NCBI RefSeq assembly: GCF_036507355.1
Contig: NZ_AP027877.1
Reading direction: 5' to 3' (one strand)
DNA: 64,000 bases
Source: Escherichia coli
Lineage (GTDB): Bacteria; Pseudomonadota; Gammaproteobacteria; Enterobacterales; Enterobacteriaceae
The notes under the pieces were generated by a model. That model saw only the letters and a program-made list of their open reading frames with translations, was not told the origin of the DNA and searched no databases. A program made the position numbers and the translations under genes. Below, piece after piece: positions 36,477-49,286 of this stretch. Numbering within the stretch: the stretch's first letter is position 1; each line of letters begins with the position of its first letter.

Positions 36477-37940
36477 TTACATCTTGGTATAAGGCTTAAA
36501 GCGTTCCTGCAGCTGGCGCAACTGGTCGATGCGCGCATCGTAACGCGCTTGTTGCAGGCTGCCTAATTTCACCTGCGAACTGGCGCTACTCAACAGCGAA
36601 ATAGCCTGATCGAGTCGCCCGGCGAGCGCATAACCTTCTGCTCGCGCAGCCAGTTCCTGATCGCGGTTATTTAGCGCGGCTTCCGCCTGTGCCAGCAAAT
36701 CCCAGCCGTTGCTGTCATCTTTATTATTAAAGGTGTAGCGATTGAGAATATTGGCCGCTTCTTGTGGTTGACCGCCTTGCAGATAAGCGTTCGCCAGGTT
36801 GAGCTGCAACACCGGATTGGTGCGTAAATCGCGGGCATTTTTCAGACGATTGATCGCCTCATTGGCTTTGTTTTGCCCAAGATCGATATCGGTAGCCAGA
36901 TCGAGATACCATGCGTTACCAGGTTCTGCCGCCAGTAACGGTTGCAGCGTTTTACGCGCCTCGTCGTATTTATTGGCTTCCATCGCCTGTAAAGCACGAC
37001 CATATTGTGCTGCTCGTTGCTGACGAACGTTTCCTTTCGCCCATTCATCCAGCAAATCACTGGTGAGCTGGTTACGTCCGGAATTATACATCCCCAGTGT
37101 GCGCGCTTTCGCCAGATAGAAATCTTCCGACGACTGCACCACCATCGGGCGCATCTGATTAGCACGGTTGCGGGCATCTGCCAGACGACTTTCCGGCAAC
37201 GGGTGAGTCAATAAAATTTCCGGCGGACGCGAGGAGTAACGCGCCTGATCGAGTAATTTTTCGAGGAAGGTCGGCATCGCCTGCGGATCGAATCCTGAGC
37301 GTTGCAGCACCTGAATACCAATGCGGTCCGCTTCCTGTTCATTTTGCTGGGTGAAACTGATCATCCCCTGACGCGTTCCCGCCAGTGTACCGGTCAGCGC
37401 CGCCATCCCCGCCTGCGGACTGGCCATCGCCAGTAAAATAGAACCTAACGCGCCGACCCAGGTCAGCGGCGCGCTGCGCTGCTGATCTTCCATCGCTCGC
37501 GCCAGGTGACGTTGGGTGACGTGGGAGATTTCGTGCGCCATAACTGAAGCCAGTTGACTTTCGTTATCGGAATAACGGAACAGGGCAGAGTGCAGCACCA
37601 CGTTGCCGCCAAAGAAAGCAAAGGCGTTAATTTCGTCGTTGTTGATCAGAAAAAAATGAAACGGTGTCTTAACCGAATTGGCATGCGAAACCAGACGTAT
37701 CCCCAGCGAATTAATATATTGCGTTAACAGCGGGTCATTAATTAACGGCGCGCTGCCGCGTAGCTGGCGGACATAATAGTCGCCCATCTGCATTTCCTGA
37801 CCAATGGAAAGCGTGCTTCCTGCGGAGGTTCCCATATCCGGCAAGGTGTCTGCGCTGTCGGCAAACGCCGGGGCTACCTGACCAATGGTCATAGCAGCAA
37901 TGAGGGTTGCAACCAGGTTTTTTTTCAACTGCCTGAACAT
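36477..37940 (-). CDS. bepA: periplasmic beta-barrel assembly-enhancing protease BepA (M48 + TPR)
   Basis: 487 aa; signal peptide; zinc motif [10 protein letters not shown]; C-terminal TPR repeats. Confidence 0.9.
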   Translation of the reverse strand: MFRQLKKNLVATLIAAMTIGQVAPAFADSADTLPDMGTSAGSTLSIGQEMQMGDYYVRQLRGSAPLINDPLLTQYINSLGIRLVSHANSVKTPFHFFLINNDEINAFAFFGGNVVLHSALFRYSDNESQLASVMAHEISHVTQRHLARAMEDQQRSAPLTWVGALGSILLAMASPQAGMAALTGTLAGTRQGMISFTQQNEQEADRIGIQVLQRSGFDPQAMPTFLEKLLDQARYSSRPPEILLTHPLPESRLADARNRANQMRPMVVQSSEDFYLAKARTLGMYNSGRNQLTSDLLDEWAKGNVRQQRAAQYGRALQAMEANKYDEARKTLQPLLAAEPGNAWYLDLATDIDLGQNKANEAINRLKNARDLRTNPVLQLNLANAYLQGGQPQEAANILNRYTFNNKDDSNGWDLLAQAEAALNNRDQELAARAEGYALAGRLDQAISLLSSASSQVKLGSLQQARYDARIDQLRQLQERFKPYTKM

Positions 37941-38152
37941 AACCTCTATCCTGTATTTCTGGAGATAGTCATTTGACCGATACTGTGAAATATCGTTCCC
38001 ACCGCGCCGCCTTTGAGTGTAACGGCGAAGATTAGCCCACTCAAATGACTTTTCAGTTTCCTGAATCCGTCATAAAAAGCGAAGTCTTTTTTGTGACATT
38101 TCGATACAATTGCGGATCGCAATCCCGCTCTTGAGGTTCAGGGAAGGTCTTT

Positions 38153-39214
38153 ATGCTCGAAATGTTGATGCAATGGTATCGCCGCCGTTTTAGCGACCCG
38201 GAAGCGATTGCCTTGCTGGTTATTTTAGTTGCCGGATTTGGCATTATCTTTTTCTTTAGTGGCCTGCTTGCTCCGTTGCTGGTGGCTATTGTGCTGGCCT
38301 ATTTGCTGGAATGGCCAACCGTGCGCCTGCAATCTATTGGCTGCTCCCGCCGCTGGGCGACGTCGATTGTATTGGTGGTTTTCGTCGGTATATTGCTACT
38401 GATGGCGTTCGTGGTACTGCCTATCGCCTGGCAACAGGGCATCTACTTAATCCGCGATATGCCGGGGATGCTCAATAAGCTTTCTGACTTTGCCGCCACG
38501 TTGCCGCGCCGCTATCCGGCGTTAATGGACGCGGGCATTATTGATGCAATGGCCGAAAATATGCGCAGTCGGATGCTGACCATGGGCGATTCGGTGGTGA
38601 AAATTTCCCTCGCCTCGCTGGTCGGTTTGCTGACCATTGCTGTCTATCTGGTGCTGGTGCCATTGATGGTCTTCTTCCTGCTGAAAGACAAAGAGCAGAT
38701 GCTGAATGCCGTTCGCCGGGTGCTGCCGCGTAACCGTGGACTGGCAGGACAGGTGTGGAAGGAGATGAATCAACAAATCACCAACTATATCCGCGGCAAA
38801 GTGCTGGAGATGATCGTGGTAGGGATCGCCACCTGGCTGGGGTTCTTGCTCTTCGGGCTGAACTATTCGCTGCTGCTGGCGGTGCTGGTCGGCTTCTCGG
38901 TACTTATTCCGTACATTGGCGCATTTGTGGTGACCATTCCGGTGGTTGGCGTGGCGCTATTCCAGTTTGGTGCAGGCACTGAATTCTGGAGCTGTTTCGC
39001 GGTGTATCTGATCATTCAGGCGCTGGACGGCAACCTGTTAGTACCTGTGTTGTTCTCCGAAGCGGTTAACCTGCATCCGTTGGTGATTATTTTATCGGTG
39101 GTGATCTTCGGTGGTTTGTGGGGATTCTGGGGCGTATTCTTCGCCATTCCATTGGCGACGCTGATCAAAGCCGTGATCCACGCCTGGCCCGATGGGCAAA
39201 TAGCGCAAGAATAA
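38153..39214 (+). CDS. perM: AI-2E family membrane transporter PerM
   Basis: 353 aa polytopic membrane protein; divergent from bepA. Confidence 0.85.
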   Translation: MLEMLMQWYRRRFSDPEAIALLVILVAGFGIIFFFSGLLAPLLVAIVLAYLLEWPTVRLQSIGCSRRWATSIVLVVFVGILLLMAFVVLPIAWQQGIYLIRDMPGMLNKLSDFAATLPRRYPALMDAGIIDAMAENMRSRMLTMGDSVVKISLASLVGLLTIAVYLVLVPLMVFFLLKDKEQMLNAVRRVLPRNRGLAGQVWKEMNQQITNYIRGKVLEMIVVGIATWLGFLLFGLNYSLLLAVLVGFSVLIPYIGAFVVTIPVVGVALFQFGAGTEFWSCFAVYLIIQALDGNLLVPVLFSEAVNLHPLVIILSVVIFGGLWGFWGVFFAIPLATLIKAVIHAWPDGQIAQE

Positions 39215-39218
39215 TCTT

Positions 39219-39253
39219 CAGCCCGACGAACTGTTTCGCCGGGCTGATTTTTC
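39219..39253. terminator. terminator shared by convergent perM and focB
   Basis: CAGCCCGACGAA-CTGT-TTCGCCGGGCTG (12-bp stem, 1 mismatch) followed by ATTTTTC; focB stop lies within the T-run. Confidence 0.7.
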
Positions 39254-40100
39254 AGAGTTCCTGACGTAAATAAATAGCCCGATAACACATACTCACCAGC
39301 ACTGCACCGCCGATAATATTACCCAGCATCACCGGGAGCAGATTGGCGGTAATAAAATGGCTGACCGTCAGTGCAGGAAAATTGTCTGCGCTACTGTGCG
39401 CCAGTTGCCAGAAGGGGGTTGGGGCAAAATGGCGAATGGCAATGGCGAACGGAATCACAAACAAATTGGCGATACAGTGCTCAAAGCCACTGGCGACAAA
39501 CAGGGTGATGGGCAAAATCATGGCGACGATTTTGTCGCATAATGAGCGCCCGCAATAACTCATCCACAGCGCCAGGCAAACCATCAGATTGCACATAATG
39601 CCGAGGCTGACAGATTCAGTAAATGTATGATGCATTTTGCCCTCGGCGCAGTGTAAAACCGCGACTCCCCACATCGCGTTTTCACTCATCACCAGCCCGG
39701 AAAACCAGATTAACAAACTGAAACAGGCAATACCTGCCAGATTACCGCAGGCCACCAGAAGTGCGTTAATCAGCCAAGTTCGCCAACTAATAACGCCCCG
39801 ACTTTTTGCCATCACCGTCATTACCGACGAGGTGAACAGGCTGGTGCCGCAAACCGCCAGCAAAATAAAGCCAAGTGTAAAGCAAAGGCCGCCCACCAGA
39901 TGGGTTAATGCCTGTGAAGACGGGGCATCGGCGATAACGGAAAGGTAAAAAGTAAATCCGATCGCCATAAACACGCCAGCGGACATCGCCATTAAAAAGA
40001 CCGACACTTTACTGCGGGCAATTTTATGGGCAGCAATCCGTTCAGCGATTGCCGCTTTTCTGGCGCTCAACTGCAAGTCGAAAGAGAGTTTGTTTCTCAT
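39252..40100 (-). CDS. focB: formate channel FocB
   Basis: 282 aa FNT-family membrane protein located after hyfR. Confidence 0.9.
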   Translation of the reverse strand: MRNKLSFDLQLSARKAAIAERIAAHKIARSKVSVFLMAMSAGVFMAIGFTFYLSVIADAPSSQALTHLVGGLCFTLGFILLAVCGTSLFTSSVMTVMAKSRGVISWRTWLINALLVACGNLAGIACFSLLIWFSGLVMSENAMWGVAVLHCAEGKMHHTFTESVSLGIMCNLMVCLALWMSYCGRSLCDKIVAMILPITLFVASGFEHCIANLFVIPFAIAIRHFAPTPFWQLAHSSADNFPALTVSHFITANLLPVMLGNIIGGAVLVSMCYRAIYLRQEL

Positions 40101-40121
40101 GCATACTCCTGCAAAAGCAGA

Positions 40122-42134
40122 TTACAACACCTCGCGAACCGAGATCCCCAGACGCTGCATTCGTGACAGCAGCGTGGTGCGCTTCATCCCTAATCGTGTC
40201 GCCGCGCCACGGGGCCCGGCAACAATGCCATTGGTTTCTCGCAATACCTGAACAATGCGCTGACGTTCTTCTTCGTCATTCTCTGGCGTCGTCGGGTGCA
40301 GCAACTGCGCCATTGAACTGCGAAGCGCTGAATCTTCATTTAGCGTCGGCAGTAAACGGCTTTGTCGGACATTTAGATGTAAATTCAGACTGTTACCACG
40401 AGTCAACAGTACCGCCCGCTCAATCACGTTTTCCAGCTCGCGCACGTTGCCCGGCCAATCCCACGACATCAACTGGCGTAGTGCCTCGGTCGGGATGGCG
40501 TCAATTGCGCGATTCATATGGCGCGCCATTTTTTGCGTGAAATGTTTTGCTAAAAGAGGGATATCTTCCGGACGGTCGCGTAGCGGCGGCAATTCCAGTG
40601 GGAAGACATTCAGGCGATAAAAGAGATCGCTGCGAAACTGGCGATCTTCAACCATTTGCCACAAATCACGGTTGGTGGCGGCAATGACTCTGACATTCAC
40701 CGGGATCGTTCTACTCCCGCCGAGACGCTCAATCTCCCGCTCCTGCAATACGCGCAGCAGTTTAGGCTGAAGTTCTAACGGCAGATCGCCAATTTCATCG
40801 AGAAACAACGTGCCGCCATCGGCAATTTCAAAACGACCACGATGGGTATTAATCGCACCAGTAAACGCCCCTTTGTCATGACCGAATAACTCACTTTCCA
40901 GAAGACTGGCGGGGATGGCAGCGCAGTTGATTTTGACCAGCGGCTTGTCGCGTCGCGGGCTAAGTTGATGGATCGCTCTGGCGATCACCTCTTTGCCAGT
41001 TCCGGTTTCACCGCAAATCAACACCGTACTGTCGCTCTTCGCCACAATATCTACCTGCTGGAGCAGGTCTTCCATTGCCTGGCTTTGATAGATAATGTCA
41101 CCGACGCCCAGATTCGAAAGGAGCTGCTCGCTAAGCTGGTGGTTTTCTTGCTGCAAACTTTCCTGCAAATCGGTCATGCTACGCCAGGCATCGGCATTGC
41201 CAACGGCAATAGCGATGCGATCGGCTATGTGTTGTAGTAGCTGGCAGTTTTCCTCACTAAAGAGAGTGGAAGAGGTATGCGCCAGCAACAATGCACCCGG
41301 TGTATGGTTGCCAAAGGTAAGCGGTATAAGGAGCGCAGATTCGCAGCCGTTAGATGCAAGTAAGAGTAATAACGGGTCGCGTTGCCAGAGAAATAGATCA
41401 TCTGCACGGTGTGTCAAGGTCGGTTGTCGGGTTTGTAGCGTTTGTGTCAGCAATACACTGTCGCCAGGCATATTGCGTGGCAGACACGCACAATGTGAGG
41501 CAGAAAGATCGCTGCACCACAGGCTGAACTTCTCGTTCTTTCGATGATCGCCCAGTACCATACTGACTGAAGCCAGACCGAAAAAATGATGGATCTCACG
41601 AGCGACGTCAGCGATCAGATCGTCGAGATCAAGATGTGACAGCACTGCATTAGTGATATCCACCAGTACCCGATGATGATCGCGATCTTTCTCCAGCAAA
41701 CGCAGCGCCACCTGTTGTTCTTCATCATTGAGCCATGATTGCAGAACCGGGGTGATAATGCGTGCCAGCCAGTTAAACAGTGTGCAATCCTGGGGAGTAA
41801 AACGGCTGCCGTGGGTACGAATAAAGCGTAGCTCCGCCATTCCACTACTGCCGAGAAGGACGGCGTGACGCGAATAATCGACCATCTCGCCCTGATACTC
41901 TACTGTTGCCGTCACATCGCTGCCATCATCATGGTAGCGGTAATAGAAGTTGCTTTTGAGAACATGCAGTTCAATAAGTTGTACCGGGCTGAACGGCGGC
42001 GGCAGCGGGATGAAGGCGCGTAATAAAGACGCCTTGCCGTGTTTCTGTGCTAACCGCTCCGCGAGCATTCCGTTTACCGCTTCAATTGTTATTCCTTGTG
42101 GCGGGGCAAACATCGCCTCGTCTGACATAGCCAT
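40122..42134 (-). CDS. hyfR: sigma54-dependent transcriptional activator HyfR (GAF, AAA+, HTH)
   Basis: about 670 aa; Walker [15 protein letters not shown] sigma54-interaction motif, C-terminal HTH. Confidence 0.9.
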   Translation of the reverse strand: MAMSDEAMFAPPQGITIEAVNGMLAERLAQKHGKASLLRAFIPLPPPFSPVQLIELHVLKSNFYYRYHDDGSDVTATVEYQGEMVDYSRHAVLLGSSGMAELRFIRTHGSRFTPQDCTLFNWLARIITPVLQSWLNDEEQQVALRLLEKDRDHHRVLVDITNAVLSHLDLDDLIADVAREIHHFFGLASVSMVLGDHRKNEKFSLWCSDLSASHCACLPRNMPGDSVLLTQTLQTRQPTLTHRADDLFLWQRDPLLLLLASNGCESALLIPLTFGNHTPGALLLAHTSSTLFSEENCQLLQHIADRIAIAVGNADAWRSMTDLQESLQQENHQLSEQLLSNLGVGDIIYQSQAMEDLLQQVDIVAKSDSTVLICGETGTGKEVIARAIHQLSPRRDKPLVKINCAAIPASLLESELFGHDKGAFTGAINTHRGRFEIADGGTLFLDEIGDLPLELQPKLLRVLQEREIERLGGSRTIPVNVRVIAATNRDLWQMVEDRQFRSDLFYRLNVFPLELPPLRDRPEDIPLLAKHFTQKMARHMNRAIDAIPTEALRQLMSWDWPGNVRELENVIERAVLLTRGNSLNLHLNVRQSRLLPTLNEDSALRSSMAQLLHPTTPENDEEERQRIVQVLRETNGIVAGPRGAATRLGMKRTTLLSRMQRLGISVREVL

Positions 42135-42163
42135 CAACAGTCCTTATTAATGAGAAATCCTTC

Positions 42164-42577
42164 TCACGCAATTTTTCTGGCCATCAGATAGATGGCCGGT
42201 TCCTGCACAATTTCATCCAACAGATGAATGAATTGAATGCTACGCGCCTGCCACACAGACGTCACGTCATCTGCCAGTGGCGCGAATGCCCGGGTCAACA
42301 GGGCGGTGTGGCTGGCGTCAATAACAATCTCACCAAAAGTCATCACCCCCAGCATCTTACGTCGGGCTTGCTCCTCTTCGACCAGTGCAAGCCAATCTTC
42401 GTATTCCGTCAGTGGGCAGCGGAAGGCGACATTCAGACAATCAATCACGCCAACGTGATGACCGATAGCCAGCGAGTAATACATTACCTGGGAGCAGTGT
42501 TCCGGCATCTCGTCGCTACTGGCGACAAACTTTTTTCGCAGCGTCCAGAAAACAATTTCCCCGCACTCCTCAGCCAT
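42164..42577 (-). CDS. hyfJ: hydrogenase-4 component J (HycH-like maturation factor)
   Basis: 137 aa from [17 protein letters not shown]; ORF-track start 42679 overlaps hyfI and is probably spurious. Confidence 0.8.
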   Translation of the reverse strand: MAEECGEIVFWTLRKKFVASSDEMPEHCSQVMYYSLAIGHHVGVIDCLNVAFRCPLTEYEDWLALVEEEQARRKMLGVMTFGEIVIDASHTALLTRAFAPLADDVTSVWQARSIQFIHLLDEIVQEPAIYLMARKIA

Positions 42578-43328
42578 GTAACCCCCGGAGAACGCGAAAG
42601 AGTTGCTGAACGATACTATTGAGACGCGGATCGTCGGCTTCGCGCAACCAGGTGTTAACCCGATTTCCTGTAGGATCATCGCTTAAATGGCGCAGGAGCC
42701 GATCGCAAATTTCTCGCCCCTGACGATAGCCCGCCAGCCGCCGCGCTTCTCGCTCAACGGCGATACGCTGTGATGGCGGGATCTGCGGCCACAGCGGTTG
42801 CATGGTCACTCCGGTGGGATCGCGAAAATCCACCGCGTGAATCTTCTGTTGCAGCAAACCGAGCGCCACGGCGAAACCGTGAATGGTGGCAGCCGGTGTT
42901 GGCGGGCAGCCGGGGATCCAAACATCAATGGGGACAATGGTGTCGCTGCCGCCCCAGACGCTGTAGAGATCGTGGAAAATACCGCCGCCGACACCGCACG
43001 CGCCGTAGGAAACACAGATTTTATGATCGGGGGCAGACTCATACGCCCGAAGTGCAGGCATACGCATCGCCCGGGTGACTGCGCCAGTAAATAACAAAAT
43101 ATCGGCGTGACGCGGTGATGAAACAACCTTAATGCCAAAACGTTCTGCGTCGAATACTGGTGTGATGGCGGCAAAAATTTCGATTTCACAGGCGTTGCAG
43201 CCGCCGCAATCGACGCGATAAACGTAGGCTGAGCGACGGATATTCTGTAGCAAATGCCGCTTCATCTTTTGCGTTTGCTCGTCCAGCGTGATGGGCTGGC
43301 TGACATGTTGTGTAAGCACTGGACTCAT
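42570..43328 (-). CDS. hyfI: hydrogenase-4 small subunit (NuoB-like)
   Basis: 252 aa; NuoB-type Fe-S Cys motifs (GCCPG...CGAC...GCPP). Confidence 0.9.
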   Translation of the reverse strand: MSPVLTQHVSQPITLDEQTQKMKRHLLQNIRRSAYVYRVDCGGCNACEIEIFAAITPVFDAERFGIKVVSSPRHADILLFTGAVTRAMRMPALRAYESAPDHKICVSYGACGVGGGIFHDLYSVWGGSDTIVPIDVWIPGCPPTPAATIHGFAVALGLLQQKIHAVDFRDPTGVTMQPLWPQIPPSQRIAVEREARRLAGYRQGREICDRLLRHLSDDPTGNRVNTWLREADDPRLNSIVQQLFRVLRGLHG

Positions 43329-43870
43329 AGCTGCTCCTTAGCCACCAGCGGTACATCTGTATCGTCGTTGATCAGCGTCGCGCGTTGTTTGCACTCCGGG
43401 CAGACGCTCGCTTGCGCCCGCAACATTTCGCGGTTTTGTGGCGCATTTTGTTGCTGTGCCAACAATTCAGCAGCCAGTGCGACGGTTTTTTGCGGGGCAA
43501 ACGGGCGTTCGCAACGGCTGCAACGTTGTAGATGGAACGTCGCGCGGGTATAGAGATCGGCTTTATTGGTGACGGTCAGTTCAAAGTTATTGGTAAGCTG
43601 GATGGCTCTGGTCGGGCACACTTCTTCACAACGTCCGCAGTAAATACAACGCCCCAGATAGAGCTGCCAGGTGCGCGAATTTTGCTGGTCGTCGGTCTGG
43701 ATAGTCAGCGCATTTGCCGGACAAGCACAGGCGCAGGCACCGCAGGCAATACATTGGCTGGGCATCAGGTCCGGTTTCCCGCGAAAGCCTGGGCTGACCT
43801 CCAGTGGCGCGAAGGGATATTTCACCGTCGCGGTTCCGGCGCGCATAATAGTTTTCAGTAACTTCAGCAT
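43325..43870 (-). CDS. hyfH: hydrogenase-4 component H (2x[4Fe-4S] ferredoxin, NuoI-like)
   Basis: 181 aa; two CxxCxxCxxxCP motifs. Confidence 0.9.
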   Translation of the reverse strand: MLKLLKTIMRAGTATVKYPFAPLEVSPGFRGKPDLMPSQCIACGACACACPANALTIQTDDQQNSRTWQLYLGRCIYCGRCEEVCPTRAIQLTNNFELTVTNKADLYTRATFHLQRCSRCERPFAPQKTVALAAELLAQQQNAPQNREMLRAQASVCPECKQRATLINDDTDVPLVAKEQL

Positions 43871-43879
43871 CTTCTGTCC

Positions 43880-45595
43880 TTACTTCAGCGGCGAACGGTT
43901 ACGATCAATGCCGTAGCGTTCGATCTCTTTATACGGCACGGTTTTTGACTGGCGCTTGCGCACATCAACCAGCGTCACACGGTCGGTACAGGAGTAGCAG
44001 GGATCAAGGCTACCGATAATCAGCGGTGCGTCAGAAACGGTATTGCCGCGTAGCATGTAACGCAGCACCGGCCAGTTGGCGTAGGTGGCGGCACGACAGC
44101 GCCAGCGGAACAATTTTTGGTTATCACCGAGCATGCTCCAGTGCACGTCTTCACCGCGTGGCGCTTCAACAAAGCCGAGCGCGAATGCGTGAGGTTTATA
44201 GCTAAAGCCTTCGGTCAGCAGTGGGGTGTCCGGCATGTTGTCGAGGGCAAATTCCAGCATTGCCAGCGAATCAAACGTCTCTTTGACACGGACCATCACG
44301 CGGGAGAAGACATCGCCGCCGGTAAAGGTAAACAGTGTTTTGGGAATATTGCCGTAGTCGGCGTAGGGGTGATCAAAGCGCAAATCACGGGCAAAACCAC
44401 TGCCGCGGATCAGCGGCCCTACAGGGCTATATTCACGGGCGATTTGTCGGTCGAGAATGCCAATGCCCTGAGTGCGTTGTTCCATATTCGGCGTAGCAAG
44501 CAGCATCTCTACCAGCTCCGACACGTCGGCGCGCATCTCGCGCACCAGTTTCAGCGTTTGCAGACGTTGCTCTTTGAGAATATCGCGGCGAACACCACCA
44601 ATCAGATTCAGACCGTAGGTTTTACGCGACCCGGTCAGCAATTCCGCCATCGTCATCGACTTTTCCCGCACGCGGAAAAATTGCATAAAGCCGGTATCAA
44701 AACCAACAAAATGGCAGGAGAGGCCAAGGTTGAGCAAATGACTGTGTAGCCGTTCGACTTCCAGCAGAATCGAGCGAATGGTATGCGCTCGTTGCGGCAC
44801 CTCAATCCCCAGTGCATTTTCAACCGAGTTGGTATAGGCCACACTGTGGGCAAAACCGCAAATCCCACACACGCGGTCCGATAAGAAGGTCACTTCGTTG
44901 TAGCCCATCCGCGTTTCTGCCAGTTTCTCCATGCCGCGATGGACATAAAACAGGCGGTAATCAGCATCGACAATTTGCTCGCCATCCACAAACAAGCGGA
45001 AGTGACCCGGTTCATCGGAGGTGATATGCAGCGGGCCGACAGGGATCACCTGCGCATCGCTGTTGCCCTCATTGATAAACGGATACGTTTCGGAATCAGT
45101 CGTCGGTTCAGGGCGCAGTCGATAATCCATCGCGTCTTTGCGCAGCGGATGCATATCTTCCGGCCAGTCATCGGGCAACACCAGGCGACGCTGATCCGGC
45201 AGGCCAACCGGAATCAGCCCGTACATATCGCGAATTTCTCGCTCGCCCCAGACCGCGGCAGGGACGCGCGGTGTGACTGACGGAAACTCCCGACTGTCGG
45301 CATCGACCAGTGTCTTCACCACGATCCAGCATTTTTCGGCCCCTTCCATAGAAAGGGCATAATAAACGGCGTAATGACCGTTAAGTGTCCGCTCGTCGTT
45401 GCCAAACAGGACCGGAAGCCAGCCATCATGTTGATAATAAAGATAATGTACAACGTCAGGCAGCAGATTGATTTTCACCGTAATGGTGACCTGTTCAGGC
45501 GTTTGTCGCTCTTCATCCAGCACCGCGCCGGGGAACTGCGTTTTCAGGGCGGCGAGAATCGCTTCGCCACGATTTGACGATGAATTAACGTTCAC
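43880..45595 (-). CDS. hyfG: hydrogenase-4 large subunit ([NiFe] catalytic, NuoC/NuoD-like fusion)
   Basis: Ni-binding [10 protein letters not shown] and C-terminal DPCYSCTDR motifs; start uncertain (GTG 45595 with GGAG RBS, or other in-frame starts up to 45640). Confidence 0.85.
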   Translation of the reverse strand: MNVNSSSNRGEAILAALKTQFPGAVLDEERQTPEQVTITVKINLLPDVVHYLYYQHDGWLPVLFGNDERTLNGHYAVYYALSMEGAEKCWIVVKTLVDADSREFPSVTPRVPAAVWGEREIRDMYGLIPVGLPDQRRLVLPDDWPEDMHPLRKDAMDYRLRPEPTTDSETYPFINEGNSDAQVIPVGPLHITSDEPGHFRLFVDGEQIVDADYRLFYVHRGMEKLAETRMGYNEVTFLSDRVCGICGFAHSVAYTNSVENALGIEVPQRAHTIRSILLEVERLHSHLLNLGLSCHFVGFDTGFMQFFRVREKSMTMAELLTGSRKTYGLNLIGGVRRDILKEQRLQTLKLVREMRADVSELVEMLLATPNMEQRTQGIGILDRQIAREYSPVGPLIRGSGFARDLRFDHPYADYGNIPKTLFTFTGGDVFSRVMVRVKETFDSLAMLEFALDNMPDTPLLTEGFSYKPHAFALGFVEAPRGEDVHWSMLGDNQKLFRWRCRAATYANWPVLRYMLRGNTVSDAPLIIGSLDPCYSCTDRVTLVDVRKRQSKTVPYKEIERYGIDRNRSPLK

Positions 45596-47165
45596 TGTGT
45601 TTCTCCGAAACAGATGCGGTGCCTGAAGGCAAAAAATCATGCCAGGTGCTACGTTGTGCAGGCAGGTCGTGCGTCCCTGAGAGGACTATAGTGGAAGCGC
45701 CCGCCAGGATCCTGATGACAGGTTGTGGAATATGCGTTCCCATCGCCAGCATCATGACCAGCAGAATCACCATTGGCGATGTGGTCAACCAGCCGAGATC
45801 ACCCCGGTTAACGGCCTGCGGCGGTTTCGCCATTAACACCCGCGCAGCCATCCGTACCAGGCCCGCCAGCACCAGCGTTAACAGCAATAACAGCAGGACG
45901 ATAATCAGCAGGTGATTACGTGCCAGTCCGGCGGTAACGGTCATAAATTCGCTAAGAAAAATGTTGAAGGGCGGCATCCCTGCCAGCGCCAGCGCACCGC
46001 CGCCAAACAGCACGGCGGTAAATGGCATGATTTTGAGCATCCCACAGACGACGTTGAGATCGCGCGTGCCGTACTTGAGCAGTACATTGCCGGAACCGCA
46101 GAACAGCAGCGTTTTTGCCAGACTGTGGTTTAAGGTGTGCAGCAGCGCGGCAAAAATTCCCAGCGGCCCGCCAATGCCTAGCGCCACCGCGACCAGTCCC
46201 ATGTTCTCCACGCTGGAGTACGCCAGCAGACGCTTAATGTCCCGCTGTACCAGAATGAAAAATGCCGCCACGGCAATCGACAACATGCCGAAGATGAGCA
46301 ACAACCGGTTGGGGAAATCGCTGCCGATGGCCTGGCAAATAATGATGTAATAGCGAATCAGCACCAACAGCGCGCAGTTCAGCAATACGGCGGAGAGTAG
46401 GGCGCTGACCGGACTCGGCGCTTCACTGTGAGCATCCGGCAGCCAGGCGTGCATAGGAAATAGCCCGGTTTTGGTGCCAAAGCCAATTAGCACAAACACA
46501 AAGGCCAACAGCATTAATGTTGGGTCAAGCAAGGACGATTGCTTAAGAACCTCGCTCCAGAATATCGCCATTTCTGCCTGCGGCATAACGCTGGCGGCGT
46601 TGGCGTATACCAGCACGGTACCGAACAGACCAAAAGCGACACCGACAGTACAAATAATGATGTACTTCCATGCAGCTTCCAGCGATGAACGCTGACCGTA
46701 AATGCCTACCAGAAACGCCGAGCTTAAGGTGGTGGCTTCGATCGCCGCCCACATCACAATCAGGTTATTGCTGGTAACAACCAGCAGCATGGTGAACAAA
46801 AACAGATGGAAGAAACCGTAGTAATCGCACAGCGTAACGGGTGAAAGCTCGCCGTGCTCCACTTCATGACGCATGTAGCCAATCGAGTAAACACCGGTAA
46901 GAAAGCCAATCACACCAAGAATGGCGAGGAACAAACCGCCCAGACCATCAATATGAAGCCACAGTCCCGCAGCGAATATTTCTCCCGCATCAGCGGCGGT
47001 TTGGACCACCCAGAGTGCCAGAATCAGCAGTAGTGTGATCCCTAAGCTATGTAATACTGTCACCGCGCGAGTCGCAGAGTGCCCTCGTTTCCGGCAGGCA
47101 AAACAGAGCAGCGAAAAAAGCAGCGGCGTGAGCAGGAGTAAAGCGAACATCACAGAATAACTCAT
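45585..47165 (-). CDS. hyfF: hydrogenase-4 membrane subunit F (NuoL/M/N antiporter-like)
   Basis: 526 aa polytopic membrane protein. Confidence 0.9.
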   Translation of the reverse strand: MSYSVMFALLLLTPLLFSLLCFACRKRGHSATRAVTVLHSLGITLLLILALWVVQTAADAGEIFAAGLWLHIDGLGGLFLAILGVIGFLTGVYSIGYMRHEVEHGELSPVTLCDYYGFFHLFLFTMLLVVTSNNLIVMWAAIEATTLSSAFLVGIYGQRSSLEAAWKYIIICTVGVAFGLFGTVLVYANAASVMPQAEMAIFWSEVLKQSSLLDPTLMLLAFVFVLIGFGTKTGLFPMHAWLPDAHSEAPSPVSALLSAVLLNCALLVLIRYYIIICQAIGSDFPNRLLLIFGMLSIAVAAFFILVQRDIKRLLAYSSVENMGLVAVALGIGGPLGIFAALLHTLNHSLAKTLLFCGSGNVLLKYGTRDLNVVCGMLKIMPFTAVLFGGGALALAGMPPFNIFLSEFMTVTAGLARNHLLIIVLLLLLLTLVLAGLVRMAARVLMAKPPQAVNRGDLGWLTTSPMVILLVMMLAMGTHIPQPVIRILAGASTIVLSGTHDLPAQRSTWHDFLPSGTASVSEKHSER

Positions 47166-47195
47166 CTCATTATCCCTTCAGCGCGGTCAAGTTGT

Positions 47196-47819
47196 TCACG
47201 TCCAGCTGCCGTGGGTACGCCATATTTTTCTTGCCAGTAACACCATCACAATGACGGCGAAGATGGCGTCGGTAGCGATACCAATTTCCACCAGTTCCGG
47301 TGCACGCCAGGCTAGAAGCGCCAGCACCAGATGGGAGCCGTTTTCCATCAGGCAGTAACCAAAAATTTGCCGCAGGATATTGCGCTGGCTAACAATGCAC
47401 AGCAGGCCAAGCAGAAAATGACCTAACGCCACCGCCAGCGCTGGTTTCAGCCCGGTAGCCATCGGTAGCTTCACGGGCTGAACGACAAATGCGCAAAGCA
47501 GGACAATTAACGCCGCGAGCAGTGCCATCATTGCCGGACCGAATAACGCTTTTTCCGGGATGTTCTGGGGAATATTTCGTGCAGCGTAAGTCATGATTAA
47601 CGGTACCAGCAGCACTTTGGTGATAAAGGCGCTGGCGGACCAGATCAGCAGTTGCTCTGCGGCGAACAGGCACGAGAGGGTGGCGAAAATAGACACCAGC
47701 ACCAGTGACTGGCAGGCGTAAAATCCGCATGACAGGCGATAGCTTTTGACGCTAATCACAAACAGCGATGTCAGCATCATCAGTCCCGCCAGATTATTTA
47801 CGATCATAGAACCGGTCAT
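47196..47819 (-). CDS. hyfE: hydrogenase-4 membrane subunit E
   Basis: 207 aa hydrophobic protein; RBS GGAG before ATG. Confidence 0.85.
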   Translation of the reverse strand: MTGSMIVNNLAGLMMLTSLFVISVKSYRLSCGFYACQSLVLVSIFATLSCLFAAEQLLIWSASAFITKVLLVPLIMTYAARNIPQNIPEKALFGPAMMALLAALIVLLCAFVVQPVKLPMATGLKPALAVALGHFLLGLLCIVSQRNILRQIFGYCLMENGSHLVLALLAWRAPELVEIGIATDAIFAVIVMVLLARKIWRTHGSWT

Positions 47820-47830
47820 TCATCATCTCC

Positions 47831-49270
47831 TTACTGCAACCAGGTCGCGGCGATTACGCTGGAAATCAGCGACATCACAATCAGTACAATCAGCACCAGG
47901 CGCATTGACCCTGGCAGCGGTGCGGCATCGGCGACGGCCTCGCTCGGTTTGCCAGGCACGACGCGACCAAACCAGCGAATAAACCAGGCGAAACTGGCGA
48001 CCGATTCAATCATCAGCAGAATCATGGCGGGCAGCAGGATCCAGTACTCCACTGACAACGCAAAACCGGCAGCAAACAGCGGGAATTTACTGAAGAAGCC
48101 GTTGAACGGCGGCACACCGGTAATCGCCAGCGCTGCCACGCAGAAACCCACGCCTGGCAACGGCAGGGTGTGCAATACGCCACGCAGACGCGGCAACAAG
48201 CGCGTGCCGCAGCTGTAACTTAGCGCACCTGCTACAAGGAAAAACAGGCTTTTAGCGAACGCGTGGTTGACGATGTAGGCGATGCTACCCTCCAGCGCCA
48301 GCCGCGAGCCGAAGATGGAGAGCGACAAGCCGAAGAACATCCAGCCAAGTTGAGTGATGGTCGACCAGGCCAGCAACCGCTTCATATCCTGCTGTGGCAA
48401 ATACATCAGAAATCCATAAAGAATGGTGACCAGGGCCATGACCATGCCAACGCCGCCAATCACATGCGGGATATTGCCGCCGTCGATAATGGCGCGGGCA
48501 AAAATGTAAACGCCCACTTTCACCATCGATGCGGCGTGGAGATAGGCGCTGATCGGTGTTGGCGCTTCCATTGCGTCCGGTAGCCACGCTTGCATCGGTA
48601 GCTGGGCCGATTTCCCCCACGCAGCAAACAGGATGCCGCCATAAACCAGATAACGTGCGTCGCCGTGTAACTCGCTCATTGCGCTAAGCGCAAACGTTCC
48701 GGTCTGCAAAAACAGCGTGGCGGCGGCAAGATACAATCCCAGCGAACCGATATGAGTGATAAGCAACGCTTTTAGTGCTGAACGCTGCGCTTTATCGCTC
48801 TGATAATAACTGATCAACGCCCAGGAGCAGCCGCCCGTAATTTCAAAAAACAACAACTGACCGAGCAGCGTCGAGGAGAGTACCAGTCCCGCCATCGCGC
48901 CGATAAACACCAGCAAAAATGCGTAATAACGATTCGTGCCGTTATGCGGGTGTTCGCGATTTTTATCCGTCAGATAACCCGTGGAGTAGATCGTGACCAG
49001 CAAACCGAGAAACACCACCACAAACAGAATCAGCGTACTCACGCGATCAATGACCAGGCCAAACAATGCCACATCCCCCACGTTGACCAACGTCAACGTG
49101 ACGGCAACTTTATCGGCCTGATAAAACGCGGAGATCAGTGACAACATGCACAGCGTGGTCAGCGCGGCGAACAAAACCCCCCATTCGGCGGCCCGACGTT
49201 GTGGCGAAAACGAAACGACCAGTGCGCCGATAAAAGGCAGCATTAACGTCGTCAGAGCAAGATTTTCCAT
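47831..49270 (-). CDS. hyfD: hydrogenase-4 membrane subunit D (antiporter-like)
   Basis: 479 aa polytopic membrane protein. Confidence 0.9.
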   Translation of the reverse strand: MENLALTTLMLPFIGALVVSFSPQRRAAEWGVLFAALTTLCMLSLISAFYQADKVAVTLTLVNVGDVALFGLVIDRVSTLILFVVVFLGLLVTIYSTGYLTDKNREHPHNGTNRYYAFLLVFIGAMAGLVLSSTLLGQLLFFEITGGCSWALISYYQSDKAQRSALKALLITHIGSLGLYLAAATLFLQTGTFALSAMSELHGDARYLVYGGILFAAWGKSAQLPMQAWLPDAMEAPTPISAYLHAASMVKVGVYIFARAIIDGGNIPHVIGGVGMVMALVTILYGFLMYLPQQDMKRLLAWSTITQLGWMFFGLSLSIFGSRLALEGSIAYIVNHAFAKSLFFLVAGALSYSCGTRLLPRLRGVLHTLPLPGVGFCVAALAITGVPPFNGFFSKFPLFAAGFALSVEYWILLPAMILLMIESVASFAWFIRWFGRVVPGKPSEAVADAAPLPGSMRLVLIVLIVMSLISSVIAATWLQ

Positions 49271-49286
49271 ATTCCGTCAGTGCTCC